A stretch of 59,198 bases of DNA, filler included, from Nitrospinae bacterium RIFCSPLOWO2_12_FULL_45_22 (GTDB taxonomy: Bacteria > 2-12-FULL-45-22), in the NCBI GenBank assembly GCA_001803565.1. It is 5 parts of 5 records of this genome, joined end to end, with 100 filler letters (N's around TTAATTAATTAA, not from the genome) between each part and the next. Parts side by side here need not be neighbours in the genome. Positions count along the whole stretch, not along the records: positions 12,530 to 25,627 come from MHDQ01000067.1; positions 25,728 to 38,122 come from MHDQ01000068.1; 3 more parts are not named here. One strand, given 5' to 3'. Position numbers and translations under genes: made by a program. Positions 19,235 to 28,681 of the stretch are shown piece by piece. Position 1 is the stretch's first letter. Each line of letters starts with the position of its first letter. The notes beneath the pieces were generated by a model that made no database searches, had not been told where the DNA came from, and worked only from the letters and a program-made list of their open reading frames with translations.

Positions 19235-19320
19235 AGGAGTCAAGGAATCAAGGGTTCGAGTGAAATGTTAAAAAGTTACAAACGAAAACAAACACTTGAA
19301 CCCCTGAATCCTCGAACCCT
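19235..19320 (+). pseudogene. Octamer-repeat hairpin enclosing probable first and last codons of a deleted four-helix-bundle gene
   Basis: GGAGTCAAGGAATCAAGGGTTCGAGTG / CACTTGAACCCCTGAATCCTCGAACCCT arms. Inside: ATG TTA AAA AGT TAC AAA (MLKSYK) and GAA AAC AAA CAC TTG AAC CCC TGA (ENKHLNP*). Confidence 0.65.
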
Positions 19321-20368
19321 ATATTGGGAGCATCTTTTCTAGCTTTTCTATCAACTGGGCCATCTCAGCTTCGGTGCCGATGGTTATCCTGATACAATCC
19401 TGCAGCCGAGGCTGAGTGAAGTATCGCACCAGGATGCCCTGGCTTTTTAACCATTCATAAAGGGAGAATAAATCCTGGCCGGGTAGCCGGGCCAGGATAA
19501 AGTTGCTTTCTGAAGGGAATACATAAAAGCCTAACTTTGTAAGGGCGAGGGTAACCTTTTTTCTGGTCTGGACGATACGGCCTATATTTTGCTGCATCCA
19601 TCCCAGGTCATCCAGGGCCGCTATCGCAGCGGCAATGCTTAACCGGTTGAGGTTATAAGAGTCTTTAACCTTGAGCAAACCATTAATAATCTCTTCATCG
19701 GCAAAGGCCAGCCCTATGCGTAAACCTGCCAGTGAAAAGGACTTAGAAAAGCTCCTGAGGATAATGAGATTATTATATTTTTTTATTAGGGGGATAGCGC
19801 TAGCCTGCCCAAAGTCACCATAAGCCTCATCTACTACCAATACCCCCTTTAGCTTAGCGGCTAATCCCTCTATCTCGGTTACCGGGATACAGGTACCGGA
19901 GGGTGAATTAGGGTTAGCTAAAAAGGTTAATCGGGCCTCTTTTTTACCGATCTCTGAGGGTAAGGAATAATCCTCCGGGTATTCTACGGTCTCTTTAATG
20001 CCTTCCTGGATATCTATTAAAGTATCATAAAGGGTATAGGTAGGAGTGGGATATACCACAAGGTCTCCTTTGCCTATAAAGGCCCGGACAATAATCGAGA
20101 GGAGTTCGTCAGAGCCATTACCGGCTAAAAGGTTTTCTCGTTGTAGGCCATACACCTTGGCTGCCTTATCTCGCAAGGGGTTTGCTAAAGGGTCTGGATA
20201 GAGCCGTAAAGAGGAATTAATTTCATCTTTTAGGGTTTGGATAACCCTTGGGGATGGTGGGTAGGGGTTCTCATTGGTATTGAGTTTGATATAAATATCT
20301 TTAGAGGACGGCTGTTCACCCGGGACATACCCCACCATATTTTCTATAACCGCACGTAGATAACCCAT
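19319..20368 (-). CDS. hisC: Histidinol-phosphate aminotransferase
   Basis: KLNTNENPYPPSP, GNGSDE, NPNSPSG, DEAY and RSFSKSFSLAGLRIG (PLP lysine). Confidence 0.96.
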   Translation of the reverse strand: MGYLRAVIENMVGYVPGEQPSSKDIYIKLNTNENPYPPSPRVIQTLKDEINSSLRLYPDPLANPLRDKAAKVYGLQRENLLAGNGSDELLSIIVRAFIGKGDLVVYPTPTYTLYDTLIDIQEGIKETVEYPEDYSLPSEIGKKEARLTFLANPNSPSGTCIPVTEIEGLAAKLKGVLVVDEAYGDFGQASAIPLIKKYNNLIILRSFSKSFSLAGLRIGLAFADEEIINGLLKVKDSYNLNRLSIAAAIAALDDLGWMQQNIGRIVQTRKKVTLALTKLGFYVFPSESNFILARLPGQDLFSLYEWLKSQGILVRYFTQPRLQDCIRITIGTEAEMAQLIEKLEKMLPI

Positions 20369-20377
20369 AATATTTTT

Positions 20378-20532
20378 GCAACCGTTCAGCCACCAGGGAA
20401 CAAGCCGTGAAGCGCGAGGAGTGAGCAGTAAGGAGTTAACAACTCTCGGCTCACTCTTTACTCCTCACTGCTCACGGTTTAGGGGTCTTTGTGCCTTGGT
20501 GGCAGATAAAGCTTACCTGGGTAAATGTTCAT
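20378..20532. mobile_element. Degenerate copy of the 11740 MITE shell with a different inner hairpin
   Basis: GCAACCGTTCAGCCACC...CTTGGTGGCAGATAAAGCTTACCTGGGTAAATG matches the 11740 shell; inner GTGAGCAGTAAGGAGT / ACTCCTCACTGCTCAC arms. Confidence 0.75.
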
Positions 20533-20586
20533 TTAATAATAACAGAAGTAGTAGAAAAAGCAAAAAAAAGGCAGGGAGAGGAATTA

Positions 20587-21219
20587 TTAGACCTGGCACC
20601 CATGGGGTAACCGGGCCCGCAGGAGCATCCTTTGCTGTTGGAAGATAAAGCGGATTATCTCTTCCCGGTCATCTTCATTAATAGCCACAAATTTCAACCC
20701 GGCCTCCCATCTGACCGAATCTTTACCCGTAATGCTTTTTGTCCAGACTACCTTCCCAATACAGGCAACAACTGCTATAGGGAGTAAAGGAATATCCATT
20801 TCCAGTTGTAAATACTCATCCACGTTTATCTCCCTGGGGGAGCTAATACGTATTCCGGAACCACTCAAGTCAAGGGATCTGGCTTCCCATTTTTCCAGAT
20901 CACGGAGATCATTATGCTCTAATATATCAATCAATCGGTTTAATTTGTTACTAATCTCCCATAGGAGACGGAGGGACAAAAGATTAAAATCCCCTTCACT
21001 ATCCACATTATCCCTTTTTTTATCGGCTATACGAGCAGTATTCCAGCCCATCCCTTCCAGACTACTGGGGCGTAGAGCTAACTCTTCTTGTCTTTCTGGC
21101 AGGTCTTCTTCCCTTATCTTCCTGCACTGAACCGGTAATGATACCTCAATGCGGACAAACTCCCTCCTTTGTTGCTGGCCTATGCCCTGATTGTTCAATA
21201 AGATGTCCTCCTTATCCAC
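20587..21219 (-). CDS. PilZ domain protein
   Basis: QRREFVR and DLSGSG c-di-GMP motifs; C-terminal IIRFIF.QQR. Confidence 0.9.
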   Translation of the reverse strand: MDKEDILLNNQGIGQQQRREFVRIEVSLPVQCRKIREEDLPERQEELALRPSSLEGMGWNTARIADKKRDNVDSEGDFNLLSLRLLWEISNKLNRLIDILEHNDLRDLEKWEARSLDLSGSGIRISSPREINVDEYLQLEMDIPLLPIAVVACIGKVVWTKSITGKDSVRWEAGLKFVAINEDDREEIIRFIFQQQRMLLRARLPHGCQV

Positions 21220-22691
21220 TGGTTAAAGGCTTTTACTATATCTTTATTGAAATGGGTTCCACTCTCTGCCTCTAGTTCCCTCAGGGCCTCTGCGGATGAT
21301 TTTGCTGACCGATAAGGCCGGTCAGAAGTAATAGCATCATAAACATCTGCTACCGCCAGGACAAGGGCTAAATAAGGGATCTGATCCCCAGCTAACCCAT
21401 CAGGGTACCCTTTCCCATCCCACCGCTCATGATGATGGCGGATAAGGGTTCTTTCCTGGGGCAGGAGCCCTAAGGGGAGGAGGATCTTTTCCCCAATGAT
21501 AGGGTGGGTCTTGATAATCTCATATTCTTCCGGAGTTAGTCTTCCTGGTTTCATCAGGATAGAGTCTCGGACCCCTACCTTACCAATATCATGGAGATAA
21601 CCAGCAAATTTTATAGTATCTTTATCTTCTTGTGAGCATCTCAACTCGTCAGCAATACCAAGGGATAGCTCGGTAACCCGTTGAGAATGGGCTTTAGTAT
21701 AAGGGTCTTTGGCCTCTAATACCTGCACCAATACCCTTAGGGTTTCACCAATATTCTGAAATATCCTTTCGTATAGAAAGCTATTCTCTATATTTAAAGC
21801 CGCCTTTTGTACCAGCGTATGGAGCAGAAACACTTCTTCCTGGGAAAAGGGGGTATCATCCAACTTATCTATTACATTGAGGATACCAAAAGGCCTATCC
21901 TTTATGGATAGGGGTACTGAGACCACTGATTTTCCCGTGAGGAAGGAGGGGAGCGGATATTTTTCTGGGTTTTCTATTAAAAGAGGTTGTGCTATATTGA
22001 CCACTTCATCCATAATATTCGCCGGCAGTGTAAATCGAGTTTTTTGAGCTATTTCTTGCCCCAACCCCCTGGCTGACTTTATTTCAATTTCGCCGGAATC
22101 TCTATCAAAGACCATAAAATATGCCTTTCTGGAGTTTACAATCTCGCAAGCTAACTCGACTAGCTTATCAAATAATTCCTCTATATCCTTAATAGAGTTC
22201 ATCATATCAGTTATTGAGTAGAGGATGTTTAGCTCCTTTATCTTTTTATTTAGTTGCTGGCTTACCTCTTCAAATTTCCTATTCGCTTCTGTCTTTCCTG
22301 CTAAACTGCCATTATTCCTTTTGTTTAGCAGTTTGTTTATGGTGAGATTAAGTTGGTCTAATTTGAAAGGTTTTACAATAAAATCGGCCGCCCCTTTTTT
22401 CATGGCCTCAATAGCTATTTCGACTCCAGGATATCCAGTTATCATTGCTACTGGCACCGAGGGGTCCAGCCTCAGTATTTCTGGTAATAAATCTATGCCA
22501 GTAATATCGGGTAGTCGAATATCTAGCAAGATCAAGTCAAGCTGGCCATTATTCCTGAGTAAGGTCAGGGCCTCATTGCCATTCTGGGCTTCTTGTATCC
22601 GGTAATTCATGTCCCTCAGAAAGTCCTTTAATAAGAACCTCATATCTGCATCATCATCTACTATTAGGATATTTTTCTGGGATCTGTTCAT
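21195..22691 (-). CDS. Response regulator with REC-GAF-HD-GYP domains (c-di-GMP phosphodiesterase)
   Basis: REC (VDDD, LLDI, KPF), GAF region, HSQRV, LHDIGK and HHERWDGKGYP. Confidence 0.93.
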   Translation of the reverse strand: MNRSQKNILIVDDDADMRFLLKDFLRDMNYRIQEAQNGNEALTLLRNNGQLDLILLDIRLPDITGIDLLPEILRLDPSVPVAMITGYPGVEIAIEAMKKGAADFIVKPFKLDQLNLTINKLLNKRNNGSLAGKTEANRKFEEVSQQLNKKIKELNILYSITDMMNSIKDIEELFDKLVELACEIVNSRKAYFMVFDRDSGEIEIKSARGLGQEIAQKTRFTLPANIMDEVVNIAQPLLIENPEKYPLPSFLTGKSVVSVPLSIKDRPFGILNVIDKLDDTPFSQEEVFLLHTLVQKAALNIENSFLYERIFQNIGETLRVLVQVLEAKDPYTKAHSQRVTELSLGIADELRCSQEDKDTIKFAGYLHDIGKVGVRDSILMKPGRLTPEEYEIIKTHPIIGEKILLPLGLLPQERTLIRHHHERWDGKGYPDGLAGDQIPYLALVLAVADVYDAITSDRPYRSAKSSAEALRELEAESGTHFNKDIVKAFNQWIRRTSY

Positions 22692-22728
22692 TTTTCTCTC
22701 TATCTTATAGTGACCGACTTTAAATTAA

Positions 22729-22751
22729 CGCAGGCTAAAGCCTGCGACTAC
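22729..22751 (-). repeat. GTAG-type REP palindrome
   Basis: Minus strand GTAGTCGCAGGCTTTAGCCTGCG. Confidence 0.65.
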
Positions 22752-22800
22752 CACAAAACCGCATTAATAAAATGAAAATTCCTATACTATCAAGTTAAAA

Positions 22801-22860
22801 GTGAGCTCACTGCTCACTCTTCACCGCTTACTGGTCTTTGTGCCTGGTTGAATGGTTATC
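22801..22860. repeat. Right-half relic of the 20378-type cassette
   Basis: CTCACTGCTCACTCTTCACCGCTTAC followed by GGTCTTTGTGCC and TGAATGGTTATC. Confidence 0.6.
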
Positions 22861-22863
22861 CTT

Positions 22864-23103
22864 TTACTGTGGCAGTTCATCTGCAAAAACTGGTTTCTGC
22901 TCTTTAAGCGTGAACCGCTCTACAGCTTGAGAGAGAATCTGTTCGATAAGTTGCCTCTTCTTGGCTTCTGAAGATATAGTGACATTATCTATAACCTCTG
23001 AGGAATAATCCTCCTTCCTGGTAGGGTTATTAGTCTTTTCCAGCTTCAGTTGCCTGTTATAGGTTTTGAGTACCGAATGGATCTGACTGAGCGAGATACT
23101 CAT
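22864..23103 (-). CDS. DVU0524 family FlgM-associated protein
   Basis: QIHSVLKTYNRQL...D.VTIS.EAKK pattern; flagellar context. Confidence 0.75.
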   Translation of the reverse strand: MSISLSQIHSVLKTYNRQLKLEKTNNPTRKEDYSSEVIDNVTISSEAKKRQLIEQILSQAVERFTLKEQKPVFADELPQ

Positions 23104-23126
23104 GATGTAACCCCATTCTAAATGAT

Positions 23127-23200
23127 GAATTCAGAAGTTAGAATTCAGAATTCAGAATGGCAGAGCAGCTTTTATTCTGACTCCTGACTACTGAATTCTG
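23127..23200. repeat. Heptamer-repeat hairpin (empty cassette)
   Basis: GAATTCAGAAGTTAGAATTCAGAATTCAGAAT / ATTCTGACTCCTGACTACTGAATTC. Confidence 0.75.
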
Positions 23201-23208
23201 CATTCTAA

Positions 23209-23931
23209 CTATATTTTGGATAATAATCTCTTTTTATAAAGCATAAATTCCTCTTCTGCGATAATCCCTTCCTCGCGTAACTCAGCCAGCTTCTTTATTT
23301 CGTCCAGAATCCTTGTCTTGTCCTCTCTATACGGGTTAGTATAGTGAAACGGGAGGATATTCCTTGGGAATAAATAGAGCGACGATGATCGCTCATTTAT
23401 CTCTAGTTGGCTCTTCTCCATCTTTTTATTTACGAGTTGTAGTTTCTGTTCTAGTTCTTTTTTGGTTGTTTTAAGGGTTTCTAGTTCGCCATACACCGCC
23501 TTTAGCGCCGCCAACAGGCCTTCATTTTCTCTTATCAACTGGATGTTTTCGGTAGCGTTGTTTACCAGGATTTCTATCTCATCTAATTTGAACGGTTTGG
23601 TCAGATAGCTATATGCCCCCGCCTCAATGGCCTCCAGGGCAGTATTTAATGTGGCGAAACCAGTGATGACTATTACTAAAACCTTGGGATTAATCTTCCG
23701 GGCAGTTTTTAATACCTCGATGCCGCTGGCCCCGGGCATTTTAAGATCAGTAATGACCAGGTCAAAATCCTTCTCCTCCAGCTTTTTTATAGCTCCCAGC
23801 CCCTCCTCCGCGGTTTCAATCTTTCTGCCCTCTTTATCTAAAAGTTGGGAAAGGAATTCGACAGATTTTTTATCATCATCAACTATCAGTATATTGACAT
23901 ACCCTTTACTCAAAAGCTCCCTCGGCATCAT
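23209..23931 (-). CDS. Response regulator (REC, coiled coil, SHOCT-like tail)
   Basis: VDDD, TDLKMP, KPF; C-terminal LAELREEGIIAEEEF...KKRLL. Confidence 0.85.
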   Translation of the reverse strand: MMPRELLSKGYVNILIVDDDKKSVEFLSQLLDKEGRKIETAEEGLGAIKKLEEKDFDLVITDLKMPGASGIEVLKTARKINPKVLVIVITGFATLNTALEAIEAGAYSYLTKPFKLDEIEILVNNATENIQLIRENEGLLAALKAVYGELETLKTTKKELEQKLQLVNKKMEKSQLEINERSSSLYLFPRNILPFHYTNPYREDKTRILDEIKKLAELREEGIIAEEEFMLYKKRLLSKI

Positions 23932-24368
23932 ATTTCCCTTTCCATGAACTTAGGAGCAGCAGTCTGAGCTACCCGATTTATATATAGCTTCCTCAATCCC
24001 TTTTTTCTATGATGATCAACCAGCTCTTCCCTCAATGATAATTGGCTGTGGAAGAGGCTTTGGTAACTGACTTCTTCCAGGGAGACCATCTCTTTCATTA
24101 TTTGGACCAGGGGAACGGTCTTCTCTTTATTAATAGCCGAAGACTCGCTCAGGCCCTTCCTCTTTAGCAAGTGATCAATTTCCTTTATCCTGGCCAACCG
24201 GTCTTCTTTCTGCTGCAGAATAAGCTCCAGGCTTTTCAGATTTATATGTTCTTCTTTAGTTATACTTACCTGTTCTCGGGTAAGGTCTAACAAAGCATTA
24301 AAGCAGGCTAATTTCTCTTCTAAATAACTCTCCATTTGTTGAGTAATTTTCTCTCCTACTATATTCAT
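23928..24368 (-). CDS. Flagellar chaperone-like protein (FlgN/FliT-like)
   Basis: Helical 146-aa ORF directly downstream of fliS. Confidence 0.55.
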   Translation of the reverse strand: MNIVGEKITQQMESYLEEKLACFNALLDLTREQVSITKEEHINLKSLELILQQKEDRLARIKEIDHLLKRKGLSESSAINKEKTVPLVQIMKEMVSLEEVSYQSLFHSQLSLREELVDHHRKKGLRKLYINRVAQTAAPKFMEREI

Positions 24369-24402
24369 CGGTATACCGCGATAATTTTATTAGGGGAAAT
24401 AA

Positions 24403-24828
24403 TTACCTCACTGCAACTCCTACCCTCATCCTGTCCATTGTCCGGCTGCTGGATATGTTGTTGGGTTGAAGGGCTATAGTTTCCCAGGCCTCTTTTAGTT
24501 CACTTAATATTTTTATTACCTCCTGAATAATTTGTTGGTCAGAAGTCTGGTCAGCCAGGATGAGGCGGCGGATCATATAGTTATAGAGGCTCTGCAATGA
24601 ATAGGCTATCTTCCCTGCCTCAAAGTTTAAAGTGTTCATCAATTCCAGGATGATGTTTTGGGCCTTCAGGATCAGTTGGTTCCTTTGATAATAATCCCCG
24701 GCTACGATCTTTTCCTGGGCTTGCTTCAAAGAGAAGATCGCCCGCTCATAGAGCATAACGATTAATCTACCTTGATCCGCTGTCCGGATCTGGTTCTCCT
24801 GATAGAAGCTAGAAACATTTTGCTGCAT
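24403..24828 (-). CDS. fliS: Flagellar export chaperone FliS
   Basis: TADQGRLIVMLYERAI, L..LY.YM and EL.EAW motifs. Confidence 0.93.
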   Translation of the reverse strand: MQQNVSSFYQENQIRTADQGRLIVMLYERAIFSLKQAQEKIVAGDYYQRNQLILKAQNIILELMNTLNFEAGKIAYSLQSLYNYMIRRLILADQTSDQQIIQEVIKILSELKEAWETIALQPNNISSSRTMDRMRVGVAVR

Positions 24829-24845
24829 ACCTTCCTCCTCTCTCC

Positions 24846-24922
24846 GTAATAGGTGATTACGTGATTAGGTAATTGGGTAATTGAATCACCCAATAGCGTA
24901 ATAACCTAATGACCTAATGACC
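24846..24922. repeat. Octamer-repeat hairpin (empty cassette)
   Basis: GGTGATTACGTGATTAGGTAATTGGGTAATT / AATCACCCAATAGCGTAATAACCTAATGACCTAATGACC. Confidence 0.75.
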
Positions 24923-24928
24923 GTGGCC

Positions 24929-25627
24929 TTATCTCCACATATTATTCAAGGAACCTAACTGCTGGGAGAGCCAGTTACTGATGCTTTGCATCCGGGCCAG
25001 GGCACTCTCCATGGCAATATATTGGTTATATAAGGTATCAGTACGGCCCTCCAGCCGCTTCTCCATCTCATCCATCCGGTCTTGCAGATAATCAATATTA
25101 TCTTGCAGGCCATCCATCCTGGTGGTGACATAGCCATCTATGGGATCAGTGATAAATTTTAGGCGGTTATCCAGTTGTTCCGCTACACCGAAGGTCAAGG
25201 TTATGTTACCCATGGATCCGGTACTGGTGCCACTATAGCTAATGGATAACCCCGCAATATTGGGTTGGTCACTATTACCGGTAAGTATCTGACCACTACC
25301 GGTCACAGTCTCTCCATTGATCGTACCGGCTACATCTACCCCGGCATAGCTCCCGTTAGTGATACCAGTATAGTTGGCCGTCTGAGAGATCGTGAAGCCA
25401 TTGCTATCACCGTAAATGTTATGGGTAATCTTCAGGTAGTTGCCGCTGGCAGAGGCAGTGATAGACATGGCGGAACGCCCCTGGGTAGTCACACTCATGG
25501 TACCAAAGTCTAAGGAACCGGCATTCTCGGTCAGACTAAGGGATATATTGCTGTCACCGGTATACTTATCCGTCAGGACCAGCCGGCCACTGGTATCAAT
25601 GGTGGCATAGACCTCGTTATTGAAGGC
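24929..25627 (-). CDS. fliD: Flagellar filament cap FliD (5' truncated by contig end)
   Basis: FliD C-terminal coiled coil (LYNQYIAMESALARMQS...WLSQQL), upstream of fliS. Confidence 0.88.
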   Translation of the reverse strand, partial: AFNNEVYATIDTSGRLVLTDKYTGDSNISLSLTENAGSLDFGTMSVTTQGRSAMSITASASGNYLKITHNIYGDSNGFTISQTANYTGITNGSYAGVDVAGTINGETVTGSGQILTGNSDQPNIAGLSISYSGTSTGSMGNITLTFGVAEQLDNRLKFITDPIDGYVTTRMDGLQDNIDYLQDRMDEMEKRLEGRTDTLYNQYIAMESALARMQSISNWLSQQLGSLNNMWR

Positions 25628-25727
25628 NNNNNNNNNNNNNNNNNNNNNNNNNNNNNNNNNNNNNNNNNNNNTTAATTAATTAANNNNNNNNNNNNNNNNN
25701 NNNNNNNNNNNNNNNNNNNNNNNNNNN
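25628..25727. other. Artificial contig linker
   Basis: N-run, TTAATTAATTAA, N-run. Confidence 0.98.
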
Positions 25728-25738
25728 GACTAAAAGGG

Positions 25739-27334
25739 TCAGGGGCCATTTTGTTTCTTAAGGGATTCGGGCAGGAAGCGACTAAAGGCACCGTCCGAGC
25801 TTTTTTTTCGGAAATGCCTGAACTCGGGCTTTTGGGCAATAGTACGGGCATAAAGGTTCAAGCCCTTGATAAAGACGGTCTCCCATACCTGCCCACCGAG
25901 GACAAATATAGTCCCCGGGACGGCCTGCAGTCCGATCTCTCCTACTTCCCTGCCACTATCTCTATCTATCACCCGATACTCTCTGTGGGATGGTATATTG
26001 GAGTGGATAAGACCCCGCTCGGCCAGGTCCATAAGCTTAGTAGTAGCACAGAACCGCTCCGGGCGATAAGTGATATATTCCAGGTCTATGAGGTGGTTCA
26101 AGATAGCTTCTAGTTGGGAAGGATTAGCCAGGGGTCTGAGCAATGCCTCCAGGTTAGCCTTTTGTTCTCCCCTGGTATGGCAAAAGAGATAGGAAAATAT
26201 CTGCTGCACGATTACTGATAAATCTGGCTCATAATCTAATGGCTCGATCTCACCCAGCCGCGCCATATCGGCATAGAGCTGGAAGCAGGCCCGCTCACCT
26301 TCATCAGCAAAATAACCCAGGGCCTGCATGACTTCCTCGCGGCGACACCCACGGCCAATACGCTGCTGGAAAGAAGAGGGTGTAGGGGGTGGGTGATAAC
26401 AGGCGACACCGTCAAAATCCCCAATATCTATCCCGATCTCGAGGGTAGTAGTCGCTACACAGATACCCCAGCGCCATTCCCGTAAGACCTTCTCGGTGGT
26501 CTCCCGCACCTGTTTGGATAGGCTCCCATGATGGATAACGATCCGGTCTGCTGGCCAGAGGGCCTTTAGCTCTGTCCCCAGTCGCTCTACATCCCGTCTG
26601 CTATTGGCAAAGATAAGGACTTTATGCATCCCCTCTCGCCTAATGAATCCGATCAACTCCCCTAAGTCAGAAAATAGATGCAGATGAAAGGGTCTGGGCT
26701 CTCCTAATTTAATCGGCATAACGGGCTGGAAATAGCGTTGAGCCGTCTCTTCGGGGTTATATAGCGTAGCAGATAAGGCGGCATAATGCAGGGGCTCAGT
26801 AACATGCTCCCACCTTATCCGCTCCAGCAAGACCCGCAGTTGATCACCCCGGTAACTGGCATCTACCAGATGGATCTCATCCAGTATAATGGCTTTTAGG
26901 GTTTTCCAGATCTGAGGGTAACGACAGAGCATAGAGTCAAGGGACTCTGGTGTAGTAAAGAGCACTTGCTCGGGCTTTCTTACGGAGTATTCAGGCCGGT
27001 CACCCGTCCTCATGGCTGCCCTTAACCCACACCTCTCCAGGATATCTTTTAGCCGATAATAGATATTGTTCACTAAGGCCCGGGTAGGCGCTACATAGAG
27101 GATATTGAGCCCGGTATCTGTCCCGCTTCCTTCCAGCCTTTCGACCAGGGGGGCAAATGCCGCTTCTGTTTTTCCACTAGCTGCCGGAGAGGATATAATA
27201 ACGTTCTCACCCGCAAGGATACAGGGGATAGCAGCTAATTGTATTGGGTTGAGCCTGCCGAACCGGCTGAAGAAGGGGCTCCAGGTCTTCCTGAGCTTCT
27301 TTTTAAGGCTGAACAGTTCTGCCGTGGAATGCAT
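25739..27334 (-). CDS. Lhr-like DEAD/DEAH-box helicase (BrxHI/SngC-like), short form
   Basis: Q motif FGRLNPIQ, I SPAASGKT, Ia PTRAL, II DEIH, III SAT, HHGSLS, V TTTLEIGIDIG, VI QRIGRGCR. Confidence 0.9.
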   Translation of the reverse strand: MHSTAELFSLKKKLRKTWSPFFSRFGRLNPIQLAAIPCILAGENVIISSPAASGKTEAAFAPLVERLEGSGTDTGLNILYVAPTRALVNNIYYRLKDILERCGLRAAMRTGDRPEYSVRKPEQVLFTTPESLDSMLCRYPQIWKTLKAIILDEIHLVDASYRGDQLRVLLERIRWEHVTEPLHYAALSATLYNPEETAQRYFQPVMPIKLGEPRPFHLHLFSDLGELIGFIRREGMHKVLIFANSRRDVERLGTELKALWPADRIVIHHGSLSKQVRETTEKVLREWRWGICVATTTLEIGIDIGDFDGVACYHPPPTPSSFQQRIGRGCRREEVMQALGYFADEGERACFQLYADMARLGEIEPLDYEPDLSVIVQQIFSYLFCHTRGEQKANLEALLRPLANPSQLEAILNHLIDLEYITYRPERFCATTKLMDLAERGLIHSNIPSHREYRVIDRDSGREVGEIGLQAVPGTIFVLGGQVWETVFIKGLNLYARTIAQKPEFRHFRKKSSDGAFSRFLPESLKKQNGP

Positions 27335-28679
27335 GGGACAATAGGAGATCCGGGTCTTCTGACGGATAGAAGCGATGGAAGTCTAGACACTCTACCATGG
27401 CCTTGATAAACCTGCGAGTAGAATGATAACTGTTGGCCTTTACCAGTTCAAAGAGCCGCCTCCGGTACCCTTTGGGCATCTGGAGTTGATATACCCTTTC
27501 GTATAGCTCTATGAACCGATAAAAAAGATATTCCATCTGCTGTGCGGCTAGAGATTCTAATTCTATCTCGTAAATATTGTAGCCGCGAGGGATATTTAGC
27601 TTAAAGTCCGGGGTAAAGGCAAAGACAACTTTAAGAAAACTCGGCAACTGATATATGTAACGAATGGGTTGATGGCCAGAATATACCAGTCCGGTTTGTT
27701 TGCCATAGTAATAATAATCTCCCCGCACCACCCTCTCTTCTTCTAGCTCCGGCTCGTCATTAGCTACCATCGAGAGGGCATTAAAGAAATTAACTGCCCG
27801 AGCCCATTCATAGATATAGCGATAAGTGCGGGAGGTCTCTGCCTCATCAAACATCAGGAGCATACCCCGGAGCCCCAATTCTCTTACCGCCAGCATACTT
27901 ATCCCGCTAAGGATATGACAGTATATATTAGCAGCAGTAGTATGATCATAAAGGGCGCCTAGCTCCGAATAGTTTGTCTCCTGGCCTTCTATCCATTCCC
28001 ACATCTCCGGGGTATCCCTGGCTTCCCTAATCTTCTCTAAGACTTTTCCTAAGAACCGGTGGTCGGACAAGGGATTCGGCTGGGAGTTTTTGCTTACCAG
28101 GCTTAACATTTCGCGGAAGTTATAGTACTGGCCCTGGTAAGGGAACCTGAGGTTTCGGATCAGGTGGCGATACACCCTCTTAGGGAAGGCAGCCTGGGCA
28201 TCGCAAGGGTCTATCCCTACGAGGCTGACGGCATAATTTAGCTCAAATCCGTTATCATGCAGATACTCAATCAGGTGACTCTTACCACTGCCATATTCCC
28301 CCCGGATAACCATAGTACCGGAAGACTCATCCCGGAGCCATCCCTGAACTTTTTCTAGCTCGCGGGCCCGACCCACAGTCCATTCTCTTATTGCCTGGGC
28401 CGGGACAATCCCTAAGCGGAATGCCTCAATGACCGAGCGGGCTTCTTTGGGTATCTGGGGCTTAGGCCTTATCTCTGGTTTAAGCTGGTAGGTTCTACGC
28501 GGCTGCTTCGCTAGAAAGGTTGCAGTCCCTAAAAAGGTAAGGTAGGGCTTCTTTATCCAGAGCTGCAAAGAATTAGGGAATCGGACCAGGTACTCATGAC
28601 CATAATGCCGCTGGTCAATCACTACGCCATCACCAAATATGCCATGTCTCACCCGGGGATATTCAATTAACTCCACCAC
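27303..28679 (-). CDS. BrxD/DUF2791-like P-loop ATPase with an N-terminal Tudor-like (HxxFGxG) domain
   Basis: ARSVIEAFRLGIVP, Walker A GEYGSGKSH, Walker B LLMFDEAE; N-terminal RVRHGIFGDGVV. Confidence 0.8.
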   Translation of the reverse strand: MVELIEYPRVRHGIFGDGVVIDQRHYGHEYLVRFPNSLQLWIKKPYLTFLGTATFLAKQPRRTYQLKPEIRPKPQIPKEARSVIEAFRLGIVPAQAIREWTVGRARELEKVQGWLRDESSGTMVIRGEYGSGKSHLIEYLHDNGFELNYAVSLVGIDPCDAQAAFPKRVYRHLIRNLRFPYQGQYYNFREMLSLVSKNSQPNPLSDHRFLGKVLEKIREARDTPEMWEWIEGQETNYSELGALYDHTTAANIYCHILSGISMLAVRELGLRGMLLMFDEAETSRTYRYIYEWARAVNFFNALSMVANDEPELEEERVVRGDYYYYGKQTGLVYSGHQPIRYIYQLPSFLKVVFAFTPDFKLNIPRGYNIYEIELESLAAQQMEYLFYRFIELYERVYQLQMPKGYRRRLFELVKANSYHSTRRFIKAMVECLDFHRFYPSEDPDLLLSHAFHGRTVQP

Positions 28680-28681
28680 CT

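Noticed and set aside
8184-24922. CRISPR array
   Set aside because: The repeats are short tandem units in inverted arrays without unique spacers, and there are no cas genes.
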